Of a DNA stretch of 64,000 nt, positions 1-13,500 are shown piece after piece. The stretch comes from Eledone cirrhosa. Its lineage: Eukaryota. The position numbers and the translations under genes were made by a program. The notes beneath the pieces are model-generated. The model had not been told where the DNA came from, made no database searches, and saw only the letters and a program-made list of their open reading frames with translations. The stretch lies in contig OZ024761.1 of the NCBI GenBank assembly GCA_964016885.1, positions 12,586,001 through 12,650,000 on the forward strand, written 5' to 3'. How positions within the stretch are numbered: the first letter of the stretch is position 1; each line of letters opens with the position of its first letter.

Positions 1-1686
1 ATGTAGGTTTATGTCGACTTGTGAGTATGTGTGATTGAGGTCTGGTCGTTCGGTTCTCTCGAGGATGTCCTGTCCCGGGACAATTCTGATCGAGCACACA
101 CCTATATTCCAAAGCGTCCCACCCATGACATTCACATCTTTTTAGTGGTGTGTGCATACTACTATATATTAACGTACCTTTCCTTTTTTTTTTAAGTAGA
201 TTTCAGCTGCTCTTACTAGAAAGTCGAGGAATATGTAGCGACACCCTCGTTGGCTATTGAAATTGTTAGTATTAACCGCAAGCTAGTCCCACTCGAGCAC
301 ATATGGTTAAAATCGTACTCATCCCGATAAATTAGAACCAAGACTACTTTCATTATCCAACGAGTCCCCCGTTTAAGCTCGTGTACTGTGATTGTGAGGC
401 AATTTGGCTGCGATTTCTAGCAGGTCGATCGACCACTAAAGGACTCCCTCGTCGGCTATGAAGGTTTTTCATGACCGGTAAATTAATTATTCCGTTTAAT
501 TTTAGTTACCTGTGTTGACCTTCAAGCTATCTGCTTCTAGACTGTCAGTTACTATCGAGACGAACTATATATCCTTATCCTTATCATAAATATATATAGA
601 CATAAGCCATGTGTGTGTGTGTGTGTATTTAGTCTCATTGGGAAACTAGGCCCCGAGTTTAGCAGGCACCACGAGAGACCTATAACTTTAGGATAGCCTA
701 GAGTTAAACGTTGCAGGTATTCGAACCCGTAACTTCTTAGTTTGTATTATGCTTCATGAACCTGTTTAACAGATACACAACACGATTAAGGTATATATTT
801 ATTTCTAAAAATGTTTGTCTTGCCGATTTCATTAAATTTCTCAAGGTTAAAAATTTCTATCAAGTCTTCCACCCTACACTTAATTTACTATAAAGAATTT
901 CTTTTACCCAATTCCGTTAATGTTGAAAGCCACACACACCGGTTTATTTCTATCACGCTGGACACCCCTCTCTTTAAATACTTCCACCTTATTAATTTCC
1001 TACTCAAAACTTCTTATTTATTCTAAGCCAACCTATAAAGTACATACACACTTCTTCACCCCCAAAAAACTATTTGCTCTAAATATATAAGTATACGAAG
1101 TTGAAAGATGTGAAGAAATGAAAAAAGTGGCAAATAATAATAACAATTACCTACTTTGAACCTTTTATTTATTTATTTCGGTAAGGAAAGCCAAGTTTTT
1201 TTCTTTTTATATTCGCCATGATGGCGTGTTTCACTTTTAATTACGCCGCTTTTCTCCATATTTACTTTCTACAATAGACCAATGATAGGAAATGTCCATC
1301 TTACTGTGTAGAGTTATTTCATTGTTTTTCATTGCGATAACAACTATCTTTTCCTTAATTCCTTGTTAACGTTCTGTGATGGTGTCTCTTGTAAGAAACT
1401 AAATTTGACGGGACTTCATTACTCTAAAACTTTCATGCGATGATTTTAAAATGTTTGATTGCATAATACCTGGGGTATACCTGGTCACACAACCTCCTCG
1501 GGCAAAACTTTTTCCCAACTACAGCTGCACCTTTTATAGTTCTTCAAATACAATATGCTAATTTAATGTCTGACAAATAACACCTGTTCTGTCACTATCT
1601 GTAAGTTTCCTGTCTAAACTGTGAGATATTTACATACTCATACACATGTATATAAATATATATATACATGCACACACACACATATA

Positions 1687-1725
<39 letters not shown>

Positions 1726-1767
1726 AAATCCTGGCGTATTTATTGACCTTGGATTTTTTTTAAAATG

Positions 1768-1826
1768 TTCATTCTGATGATTGAAAGCAAAATTTTTTTG
1801 CTTTTAAGAAACCTCTGGTAAATGAA
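1768..1826 (+). ncRNA. Type I hammerhead ribozyme motif
   Basis: ttcatt-CTGATGA-[ttgaaagcaa..ttgcttttaa]-GAA-ACC tct GGT-A-aatgaa. Perfect 6-bp stem I, GUA triplet, predicted cut after 1820. Confidence 0.75.
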
Positions 1827-1924
1827 ATTGCCTTATGTTGTTTATTACATAACTATTAAGCTCTGTTACCTACATAGAGCACTCTTTTTTCCTGGACTTT
1901 TCCGACGGAATTACTTCATTTATT

Positions 1925-1965
<41 letters not shown>

Positions 1966-2478
1966 TAAAATATGTCTTTAGAATCACTAGATATAATATA
2001 TACCATTTCCTCTCCCAATTAGCATAATTAACCATATAAAAAATCAATTAGACCAAGCTATAAGAATAAAGGCTCCTATGAAGAAATCTCCGACAAATAA
2101 CCGAAAGCAGCCCCTTCGCGGTGGCTACGATAGAGTATTTATCTAACATTTCGACAGCATGTAAAAATCGACCAGATATACAGTCAACTAAACATAATTA
2201 GATGTAAAATTGAACTTAGAAGAATTGCGTACATACCTAATTACCTCTACCATGGTTTCATCCGTATTTTAAGACATCCGATAACAGGGAATGTCCAGAG
2301 CTTCGGAATCATCAGGAGTGAACTCAAAATAAGACATTTAATTTTCCAAAGTGATCGCACCAAAAATACATTCAAAAATGGCTAAGAATCGTGACGTGGC
2401 AGCGGTCAGGTTGGAAAGGATGGGATTAGTTGTTTATGGCGGGTAGGCCTATTGCTAGAAAGCGCAGCCTAATACCGC

Positions 2479-2553
2479 CATATATATATATATATGCACA
2501 CGCACACATATATATAGATATATATATATATATATATATACATGCACACACGC

Positions 2554-2594
<41 letters not shown>

Positions 2595-3662
2595 TATACA
2601 TGCACACACACATATATATGTATATATATATACATGCACACACATATATATATATACATGCACACACATATATATATATACATGCACACACATATATATA
2701 TACATGCACACACATATATATATATACATGCACACACATATATATATATACATGCACACACATATATATATACATGCACACACACATATATATATACATA
2801 CACACACACACATATATATATACATACACACACACATATATATATACATACACACACACATATATATACATACACACACACATATATATATACATACACA
2901 CACACATATATATATACATACACACACACATATATATATACATACACACACACATATATATATACATACACATATATATATACATACACATATATATATA
3001 TATATATATATACATTCACATATATATATACATACACATATATATATATATATATATATACATTCACATATATATATACATACACATATATATATATATA
3101 TATATATACATTCACATATATATATATACATACATATATATATATATACATACACATATATATATATACACATATATATATATATACACATATATATATA
3201 TACACATATATATATATATACACATATACACATATATACATATATATATATATATACACATATACACATATATACACATATACACATATATACACATATA
3301 TATATATATACACATATATATACACATATATACACATATATATACACATACATACATATATATATATATATATACACACACATACATACACACATATATA
3401 TATACACATATATATATATATACACATACATACACATATACATATATATATATACACACACACATATACATACATATATATATACACACACACACATATA
3501 TATACACCACATATATACACACCACACATATATACATACACACATATATATATACACACCACACATATATATATACACACCACACATATATATATACACA
3601 CCACACATATATATACACACACACACACACATATACATACACACATATACACATATACATAT

Positions 3663-3705
<43 letters not shown>

Positions 3706-3727
3706 CACATATATATATATATATACA
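2479..3727. repeat. (TA)n/(CA)n compound microsatellite
   Basis: Direct inspection. Confidence 0.97.
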
Positions 3728-4376
3728 ATCAAAGCGAAAAAATAACCCATTAATTTAAGAGTAAGTGTATCAGTCTATCACATACCACAAAGGTCGTTGG
3801 ACGCAGGTTGAGGGACAGAAACCGCTGGAGAGAACTCGTCCATGGATCTCGGGAATTTTACCTGCCCTAAATATATATATATTTATATATATATATATAT
3901 ATATATATACATTTCTATTTAAATGTATGTTTATCATACATTGTGGATGAAGGTATCACACCTGAGAACAGTTCAACAAGAGAGTGAGAGGTGACTGGTG
4001 CCATGGCTATCACTGGCTCTTCCACAGAGGGTGGCATGTTTAGCTAGGATTAGCTGGCCTCCTCCAAGGTATATCTCGTTGGTGGTGTCTTGGGGTAATT
4101 TAATGATAGGGACCCCAGTTCCCTATCATCTCATTTCTACAGCTGAGTAAACTGGAGCAATGTGAAATAAAGTGTCTTGTTCAAGGAAACAACACATCAC
4201 CCGGTCTGAGAATTGAACTCACAACCTTTCGATTGCAAGCCCAATGCTCTAACCACTAAGCCATGTGCCTTCTAAACACAAACACACACACACACACACA
4301 TGTTTACTAGTTTTGTTTTATTCTTTTGTTTATAAAAGCTGTTGTAAAATTAATGGAAACCTTTCTTTCTTTCCAG

Positions 4377-4578
4377 ACTCCCCCATTAGTCACAAAAAAC
4401 ACAAAAAACATAAAAAGAAACACAAAAGACGTAAAGAAGATTTACCTTCTGAACCACACCTCGCTGCTGCTACTACTACTGCTGCTGCTGCCGCTGCTGC
4501 TGCTGTGGCAGCTAGGGACAGTAAACCTTCCATCAAACTTCGCATCCGACTTGGAGGAGAGACTTTATCTTCCAAAAA
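4377..4578 (+). CDS. INO80B: INO80B exon (His/Lys-rich N-terminus)
   Basis: ttccag acceptor; DSPISHKKHKKHKKKHKRR...KPSIKLRIRLGGETLSSK; donor GTGGGT at 4579. Confidence 0.88.
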
Positions 4579-7500
4579 GTGGGTTCAGTTTTTACTTTCT
4601 TGCTACACATTTTGGTTTTATCCCAACACCATTCCACCCCCACCACCCCCTCACCTACACTCATACCTCCACCACACCCACCCCGTTGCCTCGCCACACC
4701 CCTCTACGTACCCTCACCCCACCCATCCCCCATCTACCACCTACTTTTATTTCTAAAACATTTAACACATTTGTTACCATCATAATTAATTTACTATCAT
4801 TATTATCATCAGGGTGGTGGATTGGCAGTATCGATAGAGGGTCGGACACCATGTCAGGGTGGTGGATTGGCAGTATAGATAGAGGGTCGGACACCATGTC
4901 AGGGTGGTGGATTGGCAGTATAGATAGAGGGTCGGACACCATGTCAGGGTGGTGGATTGGCAGTATAGATAGAGGGTCGGACACCATGTCAGGGTGGTGG
5001 ATTGGCAGTATAGATAGAGGGTCGGACACCATGTCAGGGTGGTGGATTGGCAGTATAGATAGAGGGTCGGACACCATGTCAGGGTGGTGGATTGGCAGTA
5101 TAGATAGAGGGTCGGACACCATGTCAGGGTGGTGGATTGGCAGTATAGATAGAGGGTCAGACACCATGTCAGGGCGGTGGATTGGCAGTATCGATAGAGG
5201 GTCGGACACCATGTCAGGGTGGTGGATTGGCAGTATCGATAGAGGGTCGGACACCATGTCAGGGCGGTGGATTGGCAGTATCGATAGAGGGTCGGACACC
5301 ATGTCAGGGTGGTGGATTGGCAGTATCGATAGAGGGTCAGACACCATGTCAGGGCGGTGGATTGGCAGTATCGATAGAGGGTCGGACACCATGTCAGGGC
5401 GGTGGATTGGCAGTATCGATAGAGGGTCGGACACCATGTCAGGGTGGTGGATTGGCAGTATCGATAGAGGGTCGGACACCATGCTAGGGTGGTGGATTGG
5501 CAGTATCGGTAGAGGGTCGGACACCATGCTAGGGTGGTGGATTGGCAGTATCGGTAGAGGGTCGGACACCATGTCAGGGTGGTGGATTGGCAGTATCGAT
5601 AGAGGGTCGGACACCATGTCAGGGTGGTGGATTGGCAGTATCGATAGAGGGTCAGACACCATGTCAGGGCGGTGGATTGGCAGTATCGATAGAGGGTCGG
5701 ACACCATGTCAGGGCGGTGGATTGGCAGTATCGATAGAGGGTCGGACACCATGTCAGGGTGGTGGATTGGCAGTATCGATAGAGGGTCGGACACCATGTC
5801 AGGGTGGTGGATTGGCAGTATCGATAGAGGGTCGGACGCCATGCTTTGCAGCATAGTTACGTCCCTTTACTATCTGAGTTCAAATCCCGCCGAGGTTGAC
5901 TTTGCCTTTCATCCTTACGGGGTCGATAAAATAAAGTTCCAGTAATGTACTGGGTAATTGCTGGCCTTGTGCTTAAAGTAGAAACAATTATTATCATCAT
6001 CGTCATCATTTTACGTCCGCTTTTCCCTGCTTGCAAGGGTGGGAAGAATCCTATTCAGCACAGCATCTCTCCACTTGTCACAGTCCTTTGTCATCTCCTC
6101 CGTGAGCTTCAGCAATGAGGTCTGCTCTCACCACCTCTGCCCATGTTTTTCATGGTCTTCCTTCTACTGGGATTTCTTACTATTATTATTATATGGAGGA
6201 TGACCGATGGGTGAAGAAGTGCCAGGAAATGCCAGTTGAAGGAAGACGTGGTAGAGGTAGACCACGAAAAACATGGGCGGAGGTGGTGAGAACAGACCTC
6301 AGATCATTGAAGCTCACGGTGGAGATGACAAAGGACCGTGACAAGTGGAGAGATGCTGTGCTGAATAAGACCCGTCCCACCCTTGCAAGCAGGGAAAAGC
6401 AGACGTAAAATGATGATGATGATGATATGTCATTCACTATTTTGTAACGATTAAATGCTCAGATTTATTCTTTGATTTTTCTTTGAGCAGATTCGTGGGT
6501 GATAAGATGCTTTGAATGTTATATATATATGTATGTAATATAGTTCTAATGTATGTTTAATGGTGTGTATTATATAGGTTTATACTGAAAGATGAGAGCA
6601 ATACATCGACACTTAATGAATTTTCACCAACAGCTGCTACTAAAATGAAGAGTGCTGCTGCAACTAATTCAAAGTAAGTCCCTTGTTATTGGTTGTTGAG
6701 CCCTAGCTTTGTCAGCCCTTTACCATTTACATTACTCTATATTTACTATTGTATTTTCACAGAAAAGATTTTGATATTATTTATTTTGAGAACAATGCCT
6801 TAACATCAGTATGAGTGGCCAGTTACAGCTGGTTTAACCCATTACCATTTACATTACTCTATATTTACTATTGTATTTTCATGATAAAGATTTTATTTCA
6901 CATAATATTGAATCTACAAAATTTTGATATTATTTGTTTTGTGAACAATACCTTAACGTCGTTATGACCAACCAGTTACAACCGGTTTGAAAATGCCCGC
7001 TGGATATGGCCGGTTTAAATGCTAATGTTATAGTATTGTTCTCAAAATAAATAATATCAAAATCTCATATATTCGATATTATGTGAGATAATTATTTGAC
7101 TTAAAGCCTTTACTGTGAAAATACAATAGTAAATATTGAGTAATGGGTTAAGTATGAGCAGCTGGTTTGAACAGGAAGAGGTGAGAGAATTCTGGCCAGA
7201 TACGGCCAGTTTGAACAGAAAAACGTGAGATAATTCTGGCCAGTTTGAACAGAAAGAGGTGAGATAATTCTGGCCAGATATGACTAGTTTGAACAGAAAG
7301 AGGTGAGATAATTCTGGCCAGATATGACTAGTTTGAACAGAAAGAGGTGAGATAATTCTGGCCAGTTTGAACAGAAAGAGGTGAGAGAATTCTGGCCAGA
7401 TACGGCTGGTTTGAACAGAAAGAGGTGAGATAATTCTGGCCAGTTTGAACAGAAAGGTGAGAGAATTCTGGCCGGATATGACCGGTTTGAACAGAAAGAG

Positions 7501-10500
7501 GTGAAGGAATTCTGGCCAGTTTAAATTATGTTGGTGGGTATTGCCTGTAAACCTGTAAAATATAAATGTGGAAAATGATATAATAAAGGCTTTGTGTCAA
7601 AATAGATTTAGGAAGTACGGTATTGTTGTTATTGCGCTTGTGGCTGTTTAAGATATTTTTCTGTCAATTCCATCAGGCTGTCTTCACTGGAGGATGAACC
7701 TGTAGATGTGGACGACACTCAATTCCCTGATCCATTAGCCTCTGCTATACATCCCAGTTACCTCACATCTAACAGTATCATTGCTGGTATCATGGCACCA
7801 AGTATCAACCCCTGGGGATCTTCCAGTTAGTATATACACTCTACTATATATCTACCCTGTTATATACACTGTTATATATAGACTCTACTACATACCCACT
7901 CTGTTGTATATATACACTCTACTATATATCTACCCTGTTATATACACTCTGTTATATATAGACTCTACTATATATACCCACTCTGTTGTATATATACACT
8001 CTACTATATATCTACCCTGTTATATATAGACTCTAATATATATACACTCTACTATATATCTACTGTTATATATAGACTCTACTATATATATACACTCTAC
8101 TATATATCTACCCTGTTATATACACTCTGTTATATATAGAATCTACTACATACCCACTCTGTTGTATATATACATTCTACTATATATCTACCCTGTTATA
8201 TACACTCTGTTATATATAGACTCTACTATATATATACACTCTGTTGTATATATACACTCTACTATATATCTACCCTGTTATATACACTCTGTTATATATA
8301 GACTCTACTATATATACCCACTCTGTTGTATATATACACTCTACTATATATCTACCCTGTTATATATAGACTCTAATATATATACACTCTACTATATATC
8401 TACTCTGTTATATATAGACTCTACTATATATATACACTCTACTATATATCTACCCTGTTATATACACTCTGTTATATATAGAATCTACTACATACCCACT
8501 CTGTTGTATATATACATTCTACTATATATCTACCCTGTTATATACACTCTGTTATATATAGACTCTACTATATATATACACTCTGTTGTATATATACACT
8601 CTACTATATATCTACCCTGTTATATACACTCTGTTATATATAGACTCTACTATATATATACACTCTGTTGTATATATACACTCTACTATATATCTACCCT
8701 GTTATATACACTCTGTTATATATAGACTCTACTATATATATACACTCTGTTGTATATATACACTCTACTATATATCTACCCTGTTATATATAAACTCTAC
8801 TATATATACACTGTGTTGTATATATACACTCTACTATATATCTACCCTGTTATATAGACTCTACTATATATACACTCTACTATATATACACTCTACTATG
8901 TATCTACCCTGTTATATACACTCTTTTATATATAGAATCTACTATATATACACTGTTATATATCCACTCTACTATATACACCCTATTATATATACACTCT
9001 GTTTTATATACACTTTTATATATCTACCCTGTTATATATACACTCTACTATATATCCACTCTCCTATATACACTCTCCCATATATACATCCTGTTATATA
9101 TCCATCTAGTAACAATGGAAACATAGTTTCCTTGTCCCATCTAAAAACCCTTCGTTTTCTCTTTACTGACTCCTTTAATATAATGTAACTCTAATACCTT
9201 CTTTTCTCAGTTGATTTTGATCTGACACCTGAGAAAGTTGACACACCTGAAGAAGGAGAGGAGAAGAAAGAAGAGACTTCTGATGAGGAACAAGCATGGC
9301 TTGATGCTCTGGAGGCAGGTGAACTGGATGACTTTGGGGAGATTCGCAAACCTAAAGACCCAAACCTGTTGACAGCAAGACAGGTGAGTCACACAATAAA
9401 CTTCCTCTCTCTCTCTCTTTCTTTTATTAGTTTTATTTATTTCTATGCTTATGGTCGTTACCTCTCTCTCTCTCTCTGGTTAGTATGTATGTGAGGCATC
9501 ATCATCATCATCATCATCATAATGGTTGTCCAGCCCATGTATATATAAAACACACATGTATATAATGTTTATGTTGTTGTCCAGCCCATGTATATATAAA
9601 ACACACATGTATATAATGTTTATGTTGTTGTCCAGCCCATGTATATATAAAACACACATGTATATAATGTTTATGTTATGTACATATATATATATATATA
9701 TAACATGTATGTATACCACATACACACATGTAGACAATATGCCCCCCACCCCCTCCCACTGCAAAGTGGTTGGTCGTGGAGGTGTCACGGCAAAAAAGCA
9801 CCCAGCCCACAACAGGACAACCCGTCTAACCCATGCTAGCGTGGAAGAACGGACGTAAAACTGTGATGACGATATATATATATAATTGTTTCTACGTTAG
9901 GCACAAGGCCAGCAATTACCCAGTGTATTACTGGTACTTTATTTTATCGACCCCGTAAGGATGAAAGGCAAAGTTAACCTCGGTGGGATTTGAACTCAGA
10001 ACGTAAAGGGACGTAACTATGCTAGAAAGCATGGTGTCCAACCCTCTACCGATACTGCCAATCACCGCTCTTATATATATATAATGTATGTATATAATGT
10101 TATGTCCTCGAGGACGGACCCTAATTTGAAAAAAAAATAATAAACAATCTTCGGCCCCTAGGACACAACGGTAGATTTTTGAGACTTATCTTAGGAAAAA
10201 AGTAGCACCGGGAAATAGGGTTTTATGTAATGTTTGTTGTGTGTGTGTGTTACACTTTCGACTTACACCTCCATTTCATTTCCTCCCGATAGAGGGCGTT
10301 GCTGCATGGTAAACAAGAACAAGAACTTTTGGAGCTACCATCAGGTAAAACATTTTCAAAGATTTTCTAAATGTGTTTCTATTGTTTAGTCCAGGCATGT
10401 CAAACTGAGGGTCCCTCGAGGGCCACATTAATCACATATGTGTTGTCTGAGGGTCCCCTGGGGGCCAGATGGGTCACACATTGTTGTCTGAGGGCCCCAC

Positions 10501-13500
10501 ATGACAACTAATTTTTTTTTTATTTTATATTGCGAAGATAAAACATGCTCGTGTTGTAAAAACCTTTGTGCGAGCCGCAGGTGTGCTTGTAAAGGGCCGC
10601 ATCTTTGAGAGGCCTGGCTTAGTGTGTGTAATTCCACCCGTCACTTCAATCTATCTTATTTCTCATTCTTTCTTCTGATGAAGGACTAGCGTCCGAAATG
10701 TTAAGACCCTCTTCCTACTATATCAAGCGTTAACCTAATATATTCCTTCCATATACTGTACCGATTGTGTTGTTATTTCTGTTTACCTTTTACATACACA
10801 TATCAGTATACACTGAGGATGAAGAACTCAGAGCTGTACGGGAGCCTCCCAAAAGCCAGCTCGAGAGTAGCCCAGAGGAGACAGAGGTTAGCTGGACATG
10901 CTCACCGACATCCAGAGTTGACACTGCACTCAGTGCTCCTGTGGGAGCCCCTGCATGGACACACTGGAAGGGGGAGACCGAGGTTGGCATATGTTGATGC
11001 CCTAAGGATGGGCACTGATCTCTTGGAGATGCAGGACATGGCAGCGATGATGAGGGACAGAGACCGCTGGAGAGAACTCGTCCATGCATCTCAGGAATTT
11101 TACCCGCCCTAGACATATATATATATATGGAGGCACATGGCTTAGTGGTTAGAGCATTGGCCTTGCAATCGAAAGGTTGTGAGTTCAACTCTCAGACTGG
11201 GTGATGTGTTGTTTCCTTGAGCAAGACACTTTATTTCACATTGCTCCAGTTTACTCAGCTGTAGAAATGAGATGATAGGGACTGGGGTCCATATCATTCC
11301 ACTGCAAAGTGGTCGTGGAGGTGTCATGGCAAAAAAGCACCCAGCCCTCACTGTAAATGAGATTGGTGTTAGGAAGGGCATCCAGCTGTAGAAATCAAGC
11401 CAGAATCAGTTCCTGTCCCACCCTTGCAAGCTGAGAAAAGCGGACGTAAAATGATGATGATGATGATAGGTAGATAGATATATGATGATTGTTCATGTAT
11501 GTGTTTATAGGTTACAAAACTGTGGAACTTACTGAAGAACAGATACAGAGACGGCAACAACGAGCTAAAAAACGTCGACTACAGGCCCAGGAAAAGAGGG
11601 AGAAAGATAAGGTAAGAACACTAAAGTAACATGTTGTAGTTGTTGTTGTTGTATTGTTCCCCTCGCCTTCCTCAACCCTGTAGCATTTCCATTACTCTAT
11701 ATGAAAGGTTCTCAAAGTGGGTGCTACCACCCCCTGGGGGGTGTTGAGAAGGTCCAGTGGGGAGGTAGAGATGATATAATAGTATATTATATCATTTAGC
11801 ATTTATATTACTCTATATATACTATTATAGTTTCACAATGAAGGCTTTATCTCACATAATATCAAATCTATGAGATTTTGATATTATTTACTTTGAGAAC
11901 AATACCTTAACATTAGTATGAATGGCCAGTTATTGCCAGTTTGAATGGAAAGAGGTGAGAGAATTCTGGCTGGATGGATACAGCTGGCTTAAATGCTAAA
12001 GGGTTAAATATCAAATGATATATAGAGATATTCGATCGACTTTTGTCAAATCGGACCGAGGAAACAATGTTTCCATTGGTCTTTCCAATTGCTAATACTA
12101 TCTATTGGTCGCAACTCCGGGTAGAAGGAGCAACGTGAAATAAAGTGTCTTGCTTAAGGACATAATGCATCGCCCAGTCCAGGAATCAAACTCACAACCT
12201 TTACGATTGTGAATCCAATTCTCTAACCACTCAGCCACGCGCCTTCACCAAAATGATATATATTATATATAAATATCGTAAAATTAAGAATATATAATGT
12301 TTATTTATACATAGTATAATATTATTTATTATAAATTGAAATAATTTTAAAAGCCATACAATGCATTACAAAATTAAAGGTGCCAAGATAACGATAACAT
12401 TTTACCATAGCATTTAAATTAAATCTGCCATCCTACAACTCATCTCCAACCCATCCTTTAAGACCTTCACAGAGATACTCCCTTGTTAATGGCTTTTTAA
12501 ACCCGAAAATATTTGGGATTATTAAATTTGCTAAGGTAAGATTCTATCGTTATCTTGGCACCTTTCATTTTCCAATGCATTGTATCATCATCATCATTTT
12601 ACGTCCGCTTTTCCCTGCTTGCAAGGGTGGGACGGGAACTGATTCTGGCTTGATTTCTACAGCTGGATGCCCTTCCTAACACCAACCTCATTTACAGTGA
12701 GTGCTGGGTGCTTTTTTGCCGTGGCACCTCCACGACCACTTTGCAGTGGAATGATAGGGACCCCAGTCCTATCATCTCATTTCTACAGCTGAGTAAACTG
12801 GAGCAATGTGAAATAAAGTGTCTTGCTCAAGGAAACAACACATCACCTGGTCTGAGAATTGAACTCACAACCTTTCGATTGCAAGGCCAATGCTCTGGTT
12901 TTTAAATTATTTCAATTTATATTTGCTATTCAACAATGATTCAAGCAAACTACAACACTCTATTATTTACTATTAGCGTGTAGGCAGGTCTCTTTGGATA
13001 CAGGGGTTGGGGTGTTGAGGGTATTACGTGTGTTGATGATGATGAAATCTGTCTCATGCTATCTTACTTTTTTTACAGAAACAAACTCTTGAAAGATTAC
13101 TAAAGAAACAAGAAACAAAATCAAAAGGACCAAAGGTAGGAATTTCTTCAAGACAATATTACACAGCACACATATACATAGCAGATACCTCACACATACA
13201 TACAGACGATACCTCACACACATACACACAGCAGATACCTCACACATACAGACAGACGATACCTCACACATACATACAGATGATACCTCACACGCATACA
13301 TATACAGCAGATACCATACATATACACACACCTGATACCTCACACATACTTACATGCACCACACACACACACACTATACACCATATTACATACACACACC
13401 ATGCACCGTTGATAATAACTGACTTATTGCTAATAATGATGTATATACATGTATAAAATAATGTATATAGTAATGTATATGCATGTATATAATGATGTAT

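Noticed and set aside
1150-1270. Minus-strand AG...GTAATT-bounded segment as a coding exon
   Set aside because: Stop codons in all three frames.
2426-3758. Long Y/I/H/T/C/V/M ORFs (also 22325-25079, 58158-59124, 59896-61417, 62878-63975)
   Set aside because: Translations of TA/CA microsatellites, open in most frames on both strands.
4326-5945. 539-aa and 397-aa ORFs with 15-aa repeats
   Set aside because: A 45-bp SINE-head array that happens to lack stops; intronic.
11129-11200. tRNA-like sequence
   Set aside because: SINE head: A and B boxes are present but continue into a repeated SINE body, with no complete cloverleaf.
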